Below are positions 1 to 9,767 of a stretch of 64,000 bases of DNA, piece after piece. The stretch is from Chloroflexota bacterium. GTDB lineage: Bacteria > Chloroflexota > UBA11872 > VXOZ01. Each line of letters begins with the position of its first letter. Within the stretch, counting starts at the first letter, position 1. The notes beneath the pieces were generated by a model. That model ran no database searches and was not told where the DNA came from. It worked only from the letters and a program-made list of their open reading frames with translations. The DNA lies in assembly GCA_963663275.1 (NCBI GenBank), contig OY760183.1, forward strand, positions 3,008,001-3,072,000, written 5' to 3'. Both the position numbers and the translations under genes were made by a program.

Positions 1-1
1 G

Positions 2-340
2 CACTTCCGGCCCTCCCTGGGCCCCGAGGTGCTGCCTACCGTTGCCATCGAAGACGTGAAAGAGGGCGAGCGCATCCACGTAGCCGGTTGGCCGGTGGCG
101 CGGCAGCATCCACGCGGCCGGGACGGCACGGTGTTCGTGACCATCGAGGACGAGGTGGGCAGCGTGCAACTCATCCTCTGGCCCCGGGTCTTTGCCCGCC
201 ACCGCCGGGCGCTCGCCAGCCAGGTGATCCTGGCGACCGGCGAGGTATCGCGCTGGGACGGCGCCACCAACGTCATCGTCTCCGCGGTGCGGGCGCTCGA
301 CGCCGCCGTGCCCATGCCCGCTTCCCACGACTGGCGCTGA
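2..340 (+). CDS. dnaE2: Error-prone DNA polymerase DnaE2, C-terminal OB-fold (5'-truncated by window edge)
   Basis: Frame open from base 2; RQHPRGRDGTVFVTIEDEVG OB-fold motif; ends SHDWR, like the SRDF[H/R] tail of DnaE2; followed by SRAP. Confidence 0.8.
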   Translation, partial: HFRPSLGPEVLPTVAIEDVKEGERIHVAGWPVARQHPRGRDGTVFVTIEDEVGSVQLILWPRVFARHRRALASQVILATGEVSRWDGATNVIVSAVRALDAAVPMPASHDWR

Positions 341-436
341 CGTGAGCCAATCCCTGCGGCGCGCGGCGCGCGGCGCGATTATGGGATAATGCAACGACAC
401 GAAGGCGCTCGCTGCCATACCAAGACGGAGGGGAGC

Positions 437-1102
437 ATGTGCGGCAGATACAGCCTGAAAGCGGACATTGCCCAACTCGCCATGCGGTTCGAATTCGCCG
501 TCGATGACCTCGAGCACGAACCCGCCTACAACATCGCGCCCACCCAGCAGGTGCTCACCGTCACGAGCCAGAGCGAACGGCGCGCCCAGTACATGCGCTG
601 GGGCTTGATCCCATTCTGGGCCAAGGATAAGAAGATCGGCTACCGCATGATCAACGCCCGGGGCGAGACCGTGGCGGAAAAGCCCAGCTTTCGCACCGCG
701 CTGCGCAAGCGGCGCTGCCTGATCCTGGCCGACGGCTTCTACGAGTGGCAGAAACTCGGCGGCAAGCAAAAACGGCCCATGCGGATTACCCTCACGTCGG
801 GCGAGCCGTTCGCCTTTGCCGGCCTCTGGGAGACGTGGCAAGACCCGGAAGGCGAGGTGGTCACGTCCTGCACCATCATCACGACCTCCGCCAATGACGC
901 GCTGCGGCCCATACACGACCGAATGCCGGTCATCCTGCCCCAGGAAGCGGAAGCGTTCTGGTTGGACAAAACGGTTGAAGACCCTCTGGCGCTTGCCAGT
1001 GTGATCGCGTCCTACCCGGATGACGAACTGGAAGCGTTCGAGGTCTCTACCCTGGTAAACAATACGCGCAACAAGGGCCCTGAGGTGATGACCCCGGTGT
1101 GA
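437..1102 (+). CDS. SOS response-associated peptidase (SRAP/HMCES family)
   Basis: N-terminal MCGRY after GGAG RBS; YNIAP, RWGLIP, INARGET, GFYEW and IHDRMPVIL motifs. Confidence 0.95.
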   Translation: MCGRYSLKADIAQLAMRFEFAVDDLEHEPAYNIAPTQQVLTVTSQSERRAQYMRWGLIPFWAKDKKIGYRMINARGETVAEKPSFRTALRKRRCLILADGFYEWQKLGGKQKRPMRITLTSGEPFAFAGLWETWQDPEGEVVTSCTIITTSANDALRPIHDRMPVILPQEAEAFWLDKTVEDPLALASVIASYPDDELEAFEVSTLVNNTRNKGPEVMTPV

Positions 1103-1127
1103 ACAACCGGCCCAAGGAGACACGCCC

Positions 1128-1817
1128 ATGCTCATCGACACCGACTCATTCGCCACGCAGCGCATCGCCCCGGACGAAGTCCTCGAACCGGAGAAGACCG
1201 CCCTCATCATCATCGACATGATGAACCGGTTCTGCAATCCGGTGTGGCTGGCCCAAGGCGACCACCAACGGGCCGAGTGGTTCGCGCGCGAACTCGACTG
1301 CGTGATTCCCAACGTCACCGCCGCCCTCCACGGGTTTCGCGCGGCCGGCGCGCTTATCGTGCACGCCGTCTGCGCCAGGTGGACGCTGGACAAGCGCGAC
1401 GCCCCGCTCCACATGCGCGCTAGAGACTACGATCTCTTCGATACCCCGGCTATGTCGGTGATCGAGCCGCTTGCCCCCCTGCCCGGAGAGATGCTCATCC
1501 GCAAGACGACCGGCTCCGTCTTTACCGGCACGGGCCTGGAATACCTGCTGCGCCAGGCCGGCGTCGAAAACGTCGTGTTGTGCGGGCAGTACGGCAGCGC
1601 CTGCGTCTTCTACTCCCTGATACAAAGCCGGGAATACGGCTTCGCCAAGCGGATCTGGCTGGAGGACTGCATCCTGTACAGCAGTGAGGTCAACAAGCAC
1701 CTCTTCCCCGCCCTCGTCGGCCAGCATTGGGCCGTGCTGGCAACCAAGGAAGAGGCCGCCCGCGCGCTCTCGCCCGCCCCCGCGGCCGCAGCCCAGGCGC
1801 GCCCACAATCGTCGTGA
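1128..1817 (+). CDS. Isochorismatase-family cysteine hydrolase
   Basis: TALIIIDM, IRK and CGQYGSACV give the D-K-C triad; AAGGAG RBS. Confidence 0.85.
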   Translation: MLIDTDSFATQRIAPDEVLEPEKTALIIIDMMNRFCNPVWLAQGDHQRAEWFARELDCVIPNVTAALHGFRAAGALIVHAVCARWTLDKRDAPLHMRARDYDLFDTPAMSVIEPLAPLPGEMLIRKTTGSVFTGTGLEYLLRQAGVENVVLCGQYGSACVFYSLIQSREYGFAKRIWLEDCILYSSEVNKHLFPALVGQHWAVLATKEEAARALSPAPAAAAQARPQSS

Positions 1818-1889
1818 GACCTCTCCGCCTGCCCCGTGAGACCTTTCTGCCTGCCGCTCGTTTGCCTTACACTGTCAGTAAGGGATTAT

Positions 1890-1995
1890 CCTCACCTATC
1901 CCCTCTCCCCGTGGAAGAGGGCCAGGGTGAGGGCCAAAATCAATGCCCGGCCTGCCTTGTCCCCTCTCCCCGTGGGAGAGGGTTAGGGTGAGGGC
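1890..1995. repeat. REP-like palindrome family A (CCTCTCCC-n-GGGAGAGGG..GGGTGAGGG), 2 copies
   Basis: Same hairpin recurs at ~11250-11391, ~18370-18430 and ~52320-52352. Confidence 0.8.
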
Positions 1996-2033
1996 AAAAC
2001 CGAAGTTCTGCGCAGCGGAGAGAGGCAAGAGCT

Positions 2034-2255
2034 ATGGATCAACTGGGAATCATCATTATCGTCGCCGTTCTGGTCATAAGCGCCTGGTTCATCATCCCCC
2101 GGGTCTTCCCGCATCCGCAGATGATCTGCACCCGCTGCGAGGGCACCGGCGCGGTGGACGAAAAGTGGCCGAACCCCGACGAACCGAGCGGCTGGCACGA
2201 ACTCAAGGGCGCCTGCCCCAAGTGCGACGGCAAGGGCAAGGTGCGGGCGGCCTAG
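2034..2255 (+). CDS. Small membrane-anchored zinc-finger protein (two DnaJ-type CxxCxGxG motifs)
   Basis: N-terminal hydrophobic helix; CTRCEGTG and CPKCDGKG; GAGG RBS. Confidence 0.7.
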   Translation: MDQLGIIIIVAVLVISAWFIIPRVFPHPQMICTRCEGTGAVDEKWPNPDEPSGWHELKGACPKCDGKGKVRAA

Positions 2256-2296
2256 CGAAGCGTCCAGGCAGGAATGCGTTTGAGCAAGGCCGCGTC

Positions 2297-3250
2297 ATGC
2301 TCCTGATACCGATCGACGCCGAGCCGGAAGCGGGGCAGCGGCGGCGGCCGTTCGTCACCCTCGCCTTGGTCGCGCTCAACGTCGCCATGTTCGCGGCGGC
2401 GCATAGCCTGGGCTGGAGCGCCCGCGAGTACGGCCTGCAACCCGCCGGGCTCTGGGCCGGCGAAATCGACCAGTTGCGCAACCTGCTGCTCGCCGCCTTC
2501 CTCCACTTCGGCCCGCTGCACCTGGCCGGCAACATGCTCTTCCTCTGGGTCTTCGGCGGCAACGTGGAAGACGAAATGGGGCATGGGGGCTTTGCCGCCT
2601 TCTACCTGGCGTGCGGCATTGGCGCGGGCATCATAGAGTCCGCCATCTTTGCCGGCGACACCATCCCGCGCATTGGCGCCAGCGGCGCGATCGCCGGTGT
2701 GCTCGGCGCGTTCCTCGTCCTCTTTCCGCTCGCGCCCATCGGCATCATGCCGGTGCACGCAATCCCCTTCTGGGCGCTGGGTCTCCTAGACGGGCAGGGC
2801 GAGCGGCGTCCGCCCACGTTCGACGTATCGGCCCTGATCGTGATTGGGGTCTGGCTGGCGCTGCAAATCGTCGGCTCGCTGGGTTCGGCGGTAGGCCAGG
2901 GCGGCGGCATTGCCTACACGGCGCACTTGGGCGGGTTCGCCGTCGGCTTCGGGATCGTCCAGGCGCTGCGCCGCGGCTTCGGCTTCGCCCCCGACGCGGA
3001 CGATAGCGAGCCCGAGATCATCAGAGAGACGGGCAGCCAGGTGCTGGTTGCCAGACGCCCGCTGCCCGCCGGACACAGGCTATCGGCGGAGGATATGGAG
3101 CCGTACACGTGGCACCACGCCCTGCCCGCCGGGCACTTCAAACCGGAAGAGGCGCCGAGCCTCTACGGCAAGCGCCTCAGGCGCACGCGCTATCGCTACC
3201 AGGCCATCCTTGACGAAGACCTGGCGGCGGAAGAGTCTTCTTCAGCGTAG
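2297..3250 (+). CDS. Rhomboid intramembrane serine protease with C-terminal SAF-like domain
   Basis: FLHFGPLHLAGNMLFLWVFG, GASG and AHLGGF motifs; tail VLVARRPLPAGHRLSAEDM..GKRL..I.DEDL resembles SAF; start chosen at ATG 2297. Confidence 0.85.
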   Translation: MLLIPIDAEPEAGQRRRPFVTLALVALNVAMFAAAHSLGWSAREYGLQPAGLWAGEIDQLRNLLLAAFLHFGPLHLAGNMLFLWVFGGNVEDEMGHGGFAAFYLACGIGAGIIESAIFAGDTIPRIGASGAIAGVLGAFLVLFPLAPIGIMPVHAIPFWALGLLDGQGERRPPTFDVSALIVIGVWLALQIVGSLGSAVGQGGGIAYTAHLGGFAVGFGIVQALRRGFGFAPDADDSEPEIIRETGSQVLVARRPLPAGHRLSAEDMEPYTWHHALPAGHFKPEEAPSLYGKRLRRTRYRYQAILDEDLAAEESSSA

Positions 3251-3307
3251 GCGCGCGTTGCGGCGCGCCGTTTGCCGGGCGGGGTTGTACGCGGCCGCGG
3301 AGCGCGT

Positions 3308-3754
3308 CTACTTTGGCGGCAGCTTGACGATCGCGAACCAGAAGTCTTCCAGCGACTGCACCACCGTGGAAAACTGTTCCAAGCCGACCGGCTTGGTGAT
3401 GTAGCAGTTCGCGTGCAGTTCGTAGCTCTTCAGGATGTCCTCATCCTGCGACGACGTGGTGAGCACGGCCACCGGGATCGTCTTCAGCGCCGGATCCTCT
3501 TTGATTTCCGCCAGCACCTCGCGCCCGTCCTTGCGGGGCATGTTGAGGTCCAGCAAGATGAGGTCCGGGCGGGGCACGGACTGGTACGCGCCCTCTTTCC
3601 GCAAGAACGCCAGCGCCTCCACTCCGTCGCCGACCACGTGCAGGTTCGTGCGAATCTTGCTGCCCAGCAGCGTTTCCTGGGTGAGCAGCACGTCGCCCGG
3701 ATCATCCTCGACCAGCAACACGTCAACCGGCTTCGCCGTGGGGTGTACCTGCAT
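3308..3754 (-). CDS. Single-domain response regulator (Rcp1-like)
   Basis: [40 protein letters not shown] motifs. Confidence 0.9.
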   Translation of the reverse strand: MQVHPTAKPVDVLLVEDDPGDVLLTQETLLGSKIRTNLHVVGDGVEALAFLRKEGAYQSVPRPDLILLDLNMPRKDGREVLAEIKEDPALKTIPVAVLTTSSQDEDILKSYELHANCYITKPVGLEQFSTVVQSLEDFWFAIVKLPPK

Positions 3755-3760
3755 GTGCCT

Positions 3761-5056
3761 CTACTCCGGCGTGTGGGGCAGGCTGAAGCGGAAGGTCGCG
3801 CCGCTGCCCGCCGTGGATTCTACCCAGATGCGGCCGCCGTGCCGCTCCACGATCTTCTTGCACACCGCCAGGCCGATGCCCGTGCCGCCGTATTCCTCGC
3901 GGGTGTGCAGCCGCTGGAAGATGACGAAGATGCGCTCGGCGTACTCCGGCGCGATGCCGATGCCGTTGTCCCGCACCGAAAACACCCACTCGCCGCTCTC
4001 CTCAGCCGCGCCGACGTGGATGCGCGGCGGCGCTTCACCGCGATACTTGATGGCGTTGCCGACCAGATTCTGGAACACCCGCGCCAGTTGCGCCGCGTCC
4101 CCCACCACCCGGGGCAACGGGTCGTAGGTGACCAGCGCGCCGCTCTCCGCCGCGGCCAGTTCGAGATTGGCCAAGGCTTCCTCCAAGACCTCGTCCATAG
4201 CGGCCGGCGCAAACTCCGCTCCCCGGGTCGTTACTCGCGAGTAGAGCAGCAGGTCGTTGACCAGCGCCTGCATCCGCGTCGCCCCGTCCACGATGTAGTG
4301 CAGGTAGACGCCCCCTCGTTCGTCCAGTTTCTCGCCGTACCGCGTCTCCAGCAGATTGCAGAAACTGGCGATCTTGCGCAGCGGCTCTTGCAGGTCGTGG
4401 GACGCCACGTAGGCGAACTGCTCAAGCTCTTGATTGGAGCGGCGCAACTCGGCAACGGCCTTTTCCAGCGAAAGCTGCGCCGCTTCCAGTTTCTCGTACG
4501 CGAAAGCGTTGGCGATCGTGCCGGCAATCTGCGCGCCAATCCGTTCCGCCTGCGCCAGTTGATCCTCATCGTAGGCGTAGGGCCGCAGCGAGCGAATGTT
4601 CAGGGTGCCCACGAACACGCTGCGCGCGACGAGGGGCACGGCAATGCGGGTCTGAAAGTCGCCGCCAAGCTCCCGCGCCGGCTGGTGCCCGGCCTCTTCT
4701 TCTTCGGCCGGCGTCCTGAACAGGATTCCCCGGCGATCACGCTCCAGAATGTCGCTGATGCCGCCCGGCACGATGTCGTGCACCACGTTCCGTTCCCAGC
4801 CCGGAATGTCGCCGCCAACCGCGTACACGGCCTGCACGGTATGCGCTTCCATATCCACGGACGAAATCGAGAGACGGTCGAAGGGAATGAGCAGCGAGAC
4901 CTGGGAGGCAAACTGCTCGTAGATTTCGTCGATATTGAGGGTTGAACTGATGATGCGGCCGATCTCCGCCAGCACCTCGTACTCGGTGGCCTGGCGTTGC
5001 GGCCGCTCGCGGACGCGCGGCCCGGCCTCGTCTTCCCGCCGTTCTTCACCCCTCAC
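3761..5056 (-). CDS. GAF-domain sensor histidine kinase (Cph1-type kinase core)
   Basis: N-terminal GAF; AYVASHDLQEPLR H-box, NAIKY, DNGIG and GTGIGL boxes; GTG start after GGAGG. Confidence 0.9.
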   Translation of the reverse strand: MRGEERREDEAGPRVRERPQRQATEYEVLAEIGRIISSTLNIDEIYEQFASQVSLLIPFDRLSISSVDMEAHTVQAVYAVGGDIPGWERNVVHDIVPGGISDILERDRRGILFRTPAEEEEAGHQPARELGGDFQTRIAVPLVARSVFVGTLNIRSLRPYAYDEDQLAQAERIGAQIAGTIANAFAYEKLEAAQLSLEKAVAELRRSNQELEQFAYVASHDLQEPLRKIASFCNLLETRYGEKLDERGGVYLHYIVDGATRMQALVNDLLLYSRVTTRGAEFAPAAMDEVLEEALANLELAAAESGALVTYDPLPRVVGDAAQLARVFQNLVGNAIKYRGEAPPRIHVGAAEESGEWVFSVRDNGIGIAPEYAERIFVIFQRLHTREEYGGTGIGLAVCKKIVERHGGRIWVESTAGSGATFRFSLPHTPE

Positions 5057-5224
5057 GTGTCCGCTCCTCCCTGCGACCGGTCGCATCCATGGCCCGTGCG
5101 AAACCGGGGAGCCTACCCCAAACGCGCCTTCCCCGGCACACACGCGGCGCGAGTATGCTAGAGTGATACGTACATCCTTGTGAGAAGTCTACCACACCAA
5201 TCGATCAAGGGAGCCGACGCCGGT

Positions 5225-5626
5225 ATGGACACGAATATCTTCGAAATCCTCCTCGTGGAAGACGATAGCGGCGACGCTGAACTGCTCTACGAGTTGCTGG
5301 AACAGGTGCCCAACATGCAGTTCGACGTGACGCACGTGACGCGACTTGCTGAGGCCAGCGAGCAGACGAAGGTAGAACCCTATGACGTCATCCTGCTGGA
5401 CCTGGCGCTGCCCGACAGCCAGGGCATAGACACCATACGCGCCATGGTGGCGGCCGCTCCCGCGACTCCCATCGTCGTGCTCACGGGCCTCGACGATGAA
5501 GAGACCGGCCTCGCGGCGCTCAGGAACGGCGCGCAGGACTACCTGGTGAAGGGTATGGTGGATAGCGGCGCGGTGACCCGCGCCATGCGGTTCGCCATGC
5601 AGCGGCACAGGGAACCGCAGTCTTGA
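5225..5626 (+). CDS. Response regulator receiver protein
   Basis: ILLVEDD, DVILLDLALPDSQG, GAQDYLVK. Confidence 0.9.
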   Translation: MDTNIFEILLVEDDSGDAELLYELLEQVPNMQFDVTHVTRLAEASEQTKVEPYDVILLDLALPDSQGIDTIRAMVAAAPATPIVVLTGLDDEETGLAALRNGAQDYLVKGMVDSGAVTRAMRFAMQRHREPQS

Positions 5627-5665
5627 CGCGAACGGCGCTGGGAACGCCGCCGCGGCCCCGCCCGG

Positions 5666-6292
5666 CTAGAGTTGCTTCTCTGCCATGATCTTGCCGACGA
5701 TCCTCACCGCCGTGTCGCTATCGGTGCGCGCCATGTTGATGACGATGTCGTAGAGGGTCGGCTCGTCCCAATCCACGTTGAACATGCGGCGGATGTAGGC
5801 GCGGCGCTCGCTGTCGGTGCGCTGCACTTCTTCATCGGCCTCGCCGAGGTTCATGCCAACCGTCCGCGCGTGATTGCGGGCGCGAAACTCCTGCGGGGCG
5901 ACCAGGCGCAGTTTGAGCACGCCCCGCAAGTCGCTGAGGATGATGCCGGCGCCGCGGCCGACGATGATGGCGTTGTCGCGCCGGGCAATCTCGCGCACCA
6001 CCGAGCGCAACGCCGTGCGGACGATTTCGGGCCGCACGCCGCCCTCTTCGCGGGTCGCCGCCGCCTGGCCACGCACCCGCCCGCCGGTGAGCCGCGCCAG
6101 CACGCTCTGAATCGCGCTGGGCGCCAGCCGCTCGTCCAGCGCCCGCACCACGCCGGTGTGCACTTCCAACTCCGCGGCCACTTGCTGGATGAGCCGGTCG
6201 TCGTACAGCGGATAGCCCAGGGCGTCGGTCAGCTTGTTCGTAAACTCGACCTCGCCGGAACCGCGCTGGCGTGAAATGGTAATGATTGCCAC
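5666..6292 (-). CDS. Cytidylate kinase-like family protein
   Basis: IITISRQRGSG, IIVGRG, D..R..Y..F..DW....YD..IN. Confidence 0.85.
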   Translation of the reverse strand: MAIITISRQRGSGEVEFTNKLTDALGYPLYDDRLIQQVAAELEVHTGVVRALDERLAPSAIQSVLARLTGGRVRGQAAATREEGGVRPEIVRTALRSVVREIARRDNAIIVGRGAGIILSDLRGVLKLRLVAPQEFRARNHARTVGMNLGEADEEVQRTDSERRAYIRRMFNVDWDEPTLYDIVINMARTDSDTAVRIVGKIMAEKQL

Positions 6293-6301
6293 GGGAGCCT
6301 C

Positions 6302-7102
6302 CTAGTCTACGGTGTAGCCTACGGCGGCGAAGGTGTTTTCCAGGAACGAGCGCGCGCGCGTGGCCTGGTGGTTGATGTCGTCCAGGGCCTCACCGCTCAA
6401 CGTCTCGACCGCGCACGGGCCGTTGAAGCCCGCCTCCTTGAGCGCGCCAAAGACCGCCGCAAAGTCCACCAAGCCGTCGCCGGCGGTCACCATCACGTCG
6501 CCTCGCTGGCCGCCAACCTCGTCCTTGATGCACATAGCGCCCACGATCGGCGCAATCTCGCGGATGTGCGCCAGCGGATCCTCACCGGCGTAGAAGAGCA
6601 GGTTGCCCGCGTCGTAGCAGATCTTGAAGTTCTGGTGATTCACCTTCTTCCACGATTCGATGGTGTCCCGCGTGGTGTTGCTCAGGCCGCCGTGCGGCTT
6701 GAGCGACAGCGAAATGCCCTTGTGCACCGCGTACTCGGCGGACTCGCGCATGATGGCGTAGTAGGTGTCGTACTGCTCCGGCTTGGACGCGCCGCCGGTC
6801 ATCACGTGACGCGCCCCGAGTTGCTCCGCGTAATCGAGTTGCCGGTTGAGCGCCGCCACGCCCTCCGCCACACTCGTCAACGGATAGGTGGCCATCATAA
6901 TCGAGAACGCGAGGCCGCCGTCCCGCACCGTCTGCTCGATTGCCGCCACCTCTGCCGGGGTGGAGTTGTAGTCGATGAGGCGCGTGGGCGCCATGCCCAT
7001 GGGGCCAAAGTACTTGAACCCGGCGGCGCGCATTCCCGCGACCGCGGCCTCGATGCCGTATTCCCGCCACGGGCGGGTGAAACATCCAAGCTTTATCTCC
7101 AT
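6302..7102 (-). CDS. Sugar-phosphate isomerase/epimerase (xylose isomerase-like TIM barrel)
   Basis: KPHGG, ICYDAGN, IKD, GDGLVDF, GFNGPCAVE. Confidence 0.8.
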   Translation of the reverse strand: MEIKLGCFTRPWREYGIEAAVAGMRAAGFKYFGPMGMAPTRLIDYNSTPAEVAAIEQTVRDGGLAFSIMMATYPLTSVAEGVAALNRQLDYAEQLGARHVMTGGASKPEQYDTYYAIMRESAEYAVHKGISLSLKPHGGLSNTTRDTIESWKKVNHQNFKICYDAGNLLFYAGEDPLAHIREIAPIVGAMCIKDEVGGQRGDVMVTAGDGLVDFAAVFGALKEAGFNGPCAVETLSGEALDDINHQATRARSFLENTFAAVGYTVD

Positions 7103-7225
7103 AGCTGGCAACTCTCCTGGTTCTTCTGGCTACTTGAACGGGTCGGCTCTGAGTTAACGTTCTCTCCGCAATATTGCTTTCAGCGCAGACTTCGCTTTCA
7201 GCGCAGACTTCGCTTCCTGCGACGG

Positions 7226-8401
7226 CTACGCTTCCTGCGGCTGCGCGCCGGCCGGCCGCGCGGCGCTGGGCCGGAAGTCCGGTACCGTCAGCAGTGTTGA
7301 ATTCTGTTCGATGGATTCAGCCGCCAGAATAGCCGGCGCGGCGGTATCCATCGCCTGGTACACGTCGAACTCCAGCGGCCGCGTGCCGAGAACGGCGTCC
7401 CGGAAGGCCGCGTGCACGTAGTAGTCGGCGTCGCCGTGGCCGCTGCCCCGCGCTTCTGCCGGCGCGTCCGTGCGCTGGAACTGCCAATCCACCTCCGCCA
7501 TGTCGTGCATCTGGGCGGTTGCCAGCCACATCTTCGGCTTCTCGCGGTTAGAACGCCGCCACTCCACGGAGCCGCGCGTGCCCATGATCTGGTACCAGTG
7601 GTAGTCGCGCGGCGGCTGCGGCTGCGCAAAACTGGCCGCCAGCCGCAGAATGGCGTCCTTCTCCGTCTTCATCAAACTTACCTGCATGTCCGGCTGGGGT
7701 ATTACCGGATGCGAGTAGCTGGGCGCTTCCGTGCTCATGCCGGTGACCGACACCACCCGGTCGTCCAGCACGTAGAGCAGGGGACTGAGTTCGTGGGGCA
7801 GGTAGTGGATGCTCGGCATCAAGGCGCTCCAGGTAGGCTCAGCCTCCGGATGGTCGGGAACTTCCGTGGGGCCGTAGAACGTGCCGGTCTCCTTCTCCCA
7901 GAAGAACTGGGAGACGTAGTAGTGGAAGTACTGGCCTTCCACGAACGTCACGCGCCCCAGTTGCCCGGCCTGCACCATGTCGCGCCAGGCCTGCATCACG
8001 CCCATGTAGCGGGTCTGTTCGGCCAACTGGTAGACCTTGCCGGACGTTTCGGCGGCCACGACGATGCGCCAGCAGTCCTCGATGGAGTGCGCCGCCGGTA
8101 CTTCCGCGTTGACGTGCTTGCCGGCCTCCAGCGCCTGCGCAGCCAGCGCGCCCTGGCGCGGGCTGCGCACCGTGAGCGCGACGGCCTCGACGTTTGAGTC
8201 CGCGAGAAAGTCCTCATAGTCGGCGTACGCGGCGACGCCGTCGCTGTGCTCCACCGTGGCGAGCGCGCGCTCGTGGATGGCGGTGATGGGGTCGCAAAGC
8301 GCGACGATGCGGTAGCCCGGGACGCGCTGCAACAAGCGCATCCAGCTCAGCCCGCGCCCCCCCAGTCCGGCAACGCCAATCCGAATTTCGTCCACGTCCA
8401 C
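7226..8401 (-). CDS. Gfo/Idh/MocA-family oxidoreductase
   Basis: IGVAGLGGRG Rossmann motif, ALEAGKHVNAEVP, GHG near C-terminus. Confidence 0.9.
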   Translation of the reverse strand: MDVDEIRIGVAGLGGRGLSWMRLLQRVPGYRIVALCDPITAIHERALATVEHSDGVAAYADYEDFLADSNVEAVALTVRSPRQGALAAQALEAGKHVNAEVPAAHSIEDCWRIVVAAETSGKVYQLAEQTRYMGVMQAWRDMVQAGQLGRVTFVEGQYFHYYVSQFFWEKETGTFYGPTEVPDHPEAEPTWSALMPSIHYLPHELSPLLYVLDDRVVSVTGMSTEAPSYSHPVIPQPDMQVSLMKTEKDAILRLAASFAQPQPPRDYHWYQIMGTRGSVEWRRSNREKPKMWLATAQMHDMAEVDWQFQRTDAPAEARGSGHGDADYYVHAAFRDAVLGTRPLEFDVYQAMDTAAPAILAAESIEQNSTLLTVPDFRPSAARPAGAQPQEA

Positions 8402-8486
8402 GTCCTTTTCTGCCTTTGATGACTATGCCGCTCTTGCCGCGCCGCCACCCTGCCCTCGGTTACCTCTTGCCCGGCGCGCTTCCGTC

Positions 8487-8711
8487 CTTCCCGTTCGTGC
8501 TGTCCGTTTTGGCCCCAAACGGCTCCGTCCTTCCCGTTCGTGCTGAGCCTGTCGAAGTATGAACGGGAAGGGCGGAAGCGCCGCAACCGGCACTCCGTTT
8601 CACCCCGCCGCTCACCCTTGGACACGCTCAGAGCCTGCCCCGTACCAAGTACGGAGGCGAGCGGCCCGGCGCTCACTTCCCACAGCCCTTCGACAGGCTC
8701 AGGGCGAACGG
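8487..8711. repeat. REP-like family B (CCGTTCGnnCTGAGCCTGTCGAAG / CTTCGACAGGCTCAGnnCGAACGG)
   Basis: Direct and inverted copies; also at 14229-14527, 34884-35210 and ~60798. Confidence 0.8.
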
Positions 8712-8763
8712 CTGTACGCCCGCGCTCCGTAGCCCTTGTCAACCGAAATTTCCATTCCCACCT

Positions 8764-9585
8764 TTACGTCGTCTCCGCGCCCACCGCCGCGCCCGTTCGC
8801 AACGGCTGCGCCGCGGCCAGAAACTCGTCAGACGTTATCGTGCCCGCGATGTCCCGCAACTCGTAGTCGTGGATCGCCATGTTCGTGCACAACAAACCTT
8901 CGATTGTTTCGCCCGTTTCGATGCCGGTGGTGCAGTCGCGCAGCAGGATGAGGCCGTAGCCGCGCTCGCGCATGGCCAACATGCCGTAGTCGCGGTGCGG
9001 CACGCAGAGATTGGTGGCAAAACCCACGTAGAAGAGATAGAGAATCTTGCGGTGCGCGCACAGCCGGTGAAGTTGATGGCCGTTGGCGATGATGAAGTCG
9101 TCCGGCTGGGGAAAGACCGAACGGTCGATGTACCGGTCCTCATTTATTTGATCGATTTCCTCCGCCCAGGTCCCGGTGCGGTCCGCGCGCAACCGCGCCC
9201 ACTCTCCCCGGCGCTTGGCAAAGTCCTCCGGCGGCCAGGCGGGCGCGGCCTGCGGCTGCGGCGCCAGTTCGCTATCGCCGGCGTAGCGCAGCCACTGGGG
9301 AAACTTCTGCGCCACGCTGGGCGAGGGCGCGTGAATCACCGTTATGCCAATCTCGCGGCAGGCGTCCAGCACCGGCCGGATGCGCTCGCGGCAGATCTGC
9401 CCCGTCCGCTCCACGTGGCTCGCCGTGATGTGTATGTCCCAGCAATCGACCAGGACGATGCCGGCCTGCTCCGGCGGAACCTGGAACGCCGTGTGGCGGT
9501 AGCCAAAGTGCTCTTCGCGAAACGGGAGGTCCGGCGCGCTCGGTTCGTGGACGATGTGCCGCGTGGAAATTGCCAATGCCGCCAT
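8764..9585 (-). CDS. Isochorismatase-like cysteine hydrolase
   Basis: VLVDCWD, VIHAPS, GFATNLCV, LLRDCT. Confidence 0.75.
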   Translation of the reverse strand: MAALAISTRHIVHEPSAPDLPFREEHFGYRHTAFQVPPEQAGIVLVDCWDIHITASHVERTGQICRERIRPVLDACREIGITVIHAPSPSVAQKFPQWLRYAGDSELAPQPQAAPAWPPEDFAKRRGEWARLRADRTGTWAEEIDQINEDRYIDRSVFPQPDDFIIANGHQLHRLCAHRKILYLFYVGFATNLCVPHRDYGMLAMRERGYGLILLRDCTTGIETGETIEGLLCTNMAIHDYELRDIAGTITSDEFLAAAQPLRTGAAVGAETT

Positions 9586-9767
9586 GCCGCTTTCTCCCGG
9601 AGTGCTGCGCCGCTGCCGCCAACCGCGCGGCGAGAAGCGCCCGCGCTTACCAAGACTATGGTGCAGCAGACACTACGTTGTCAAGCAATGCCCGCCGCCG
9701 CGCGCCTTCTCCTCACCCAAATGGCGCCGCACTTAACGCGATAAGCATGAAAACTACGCCCGTTTCT

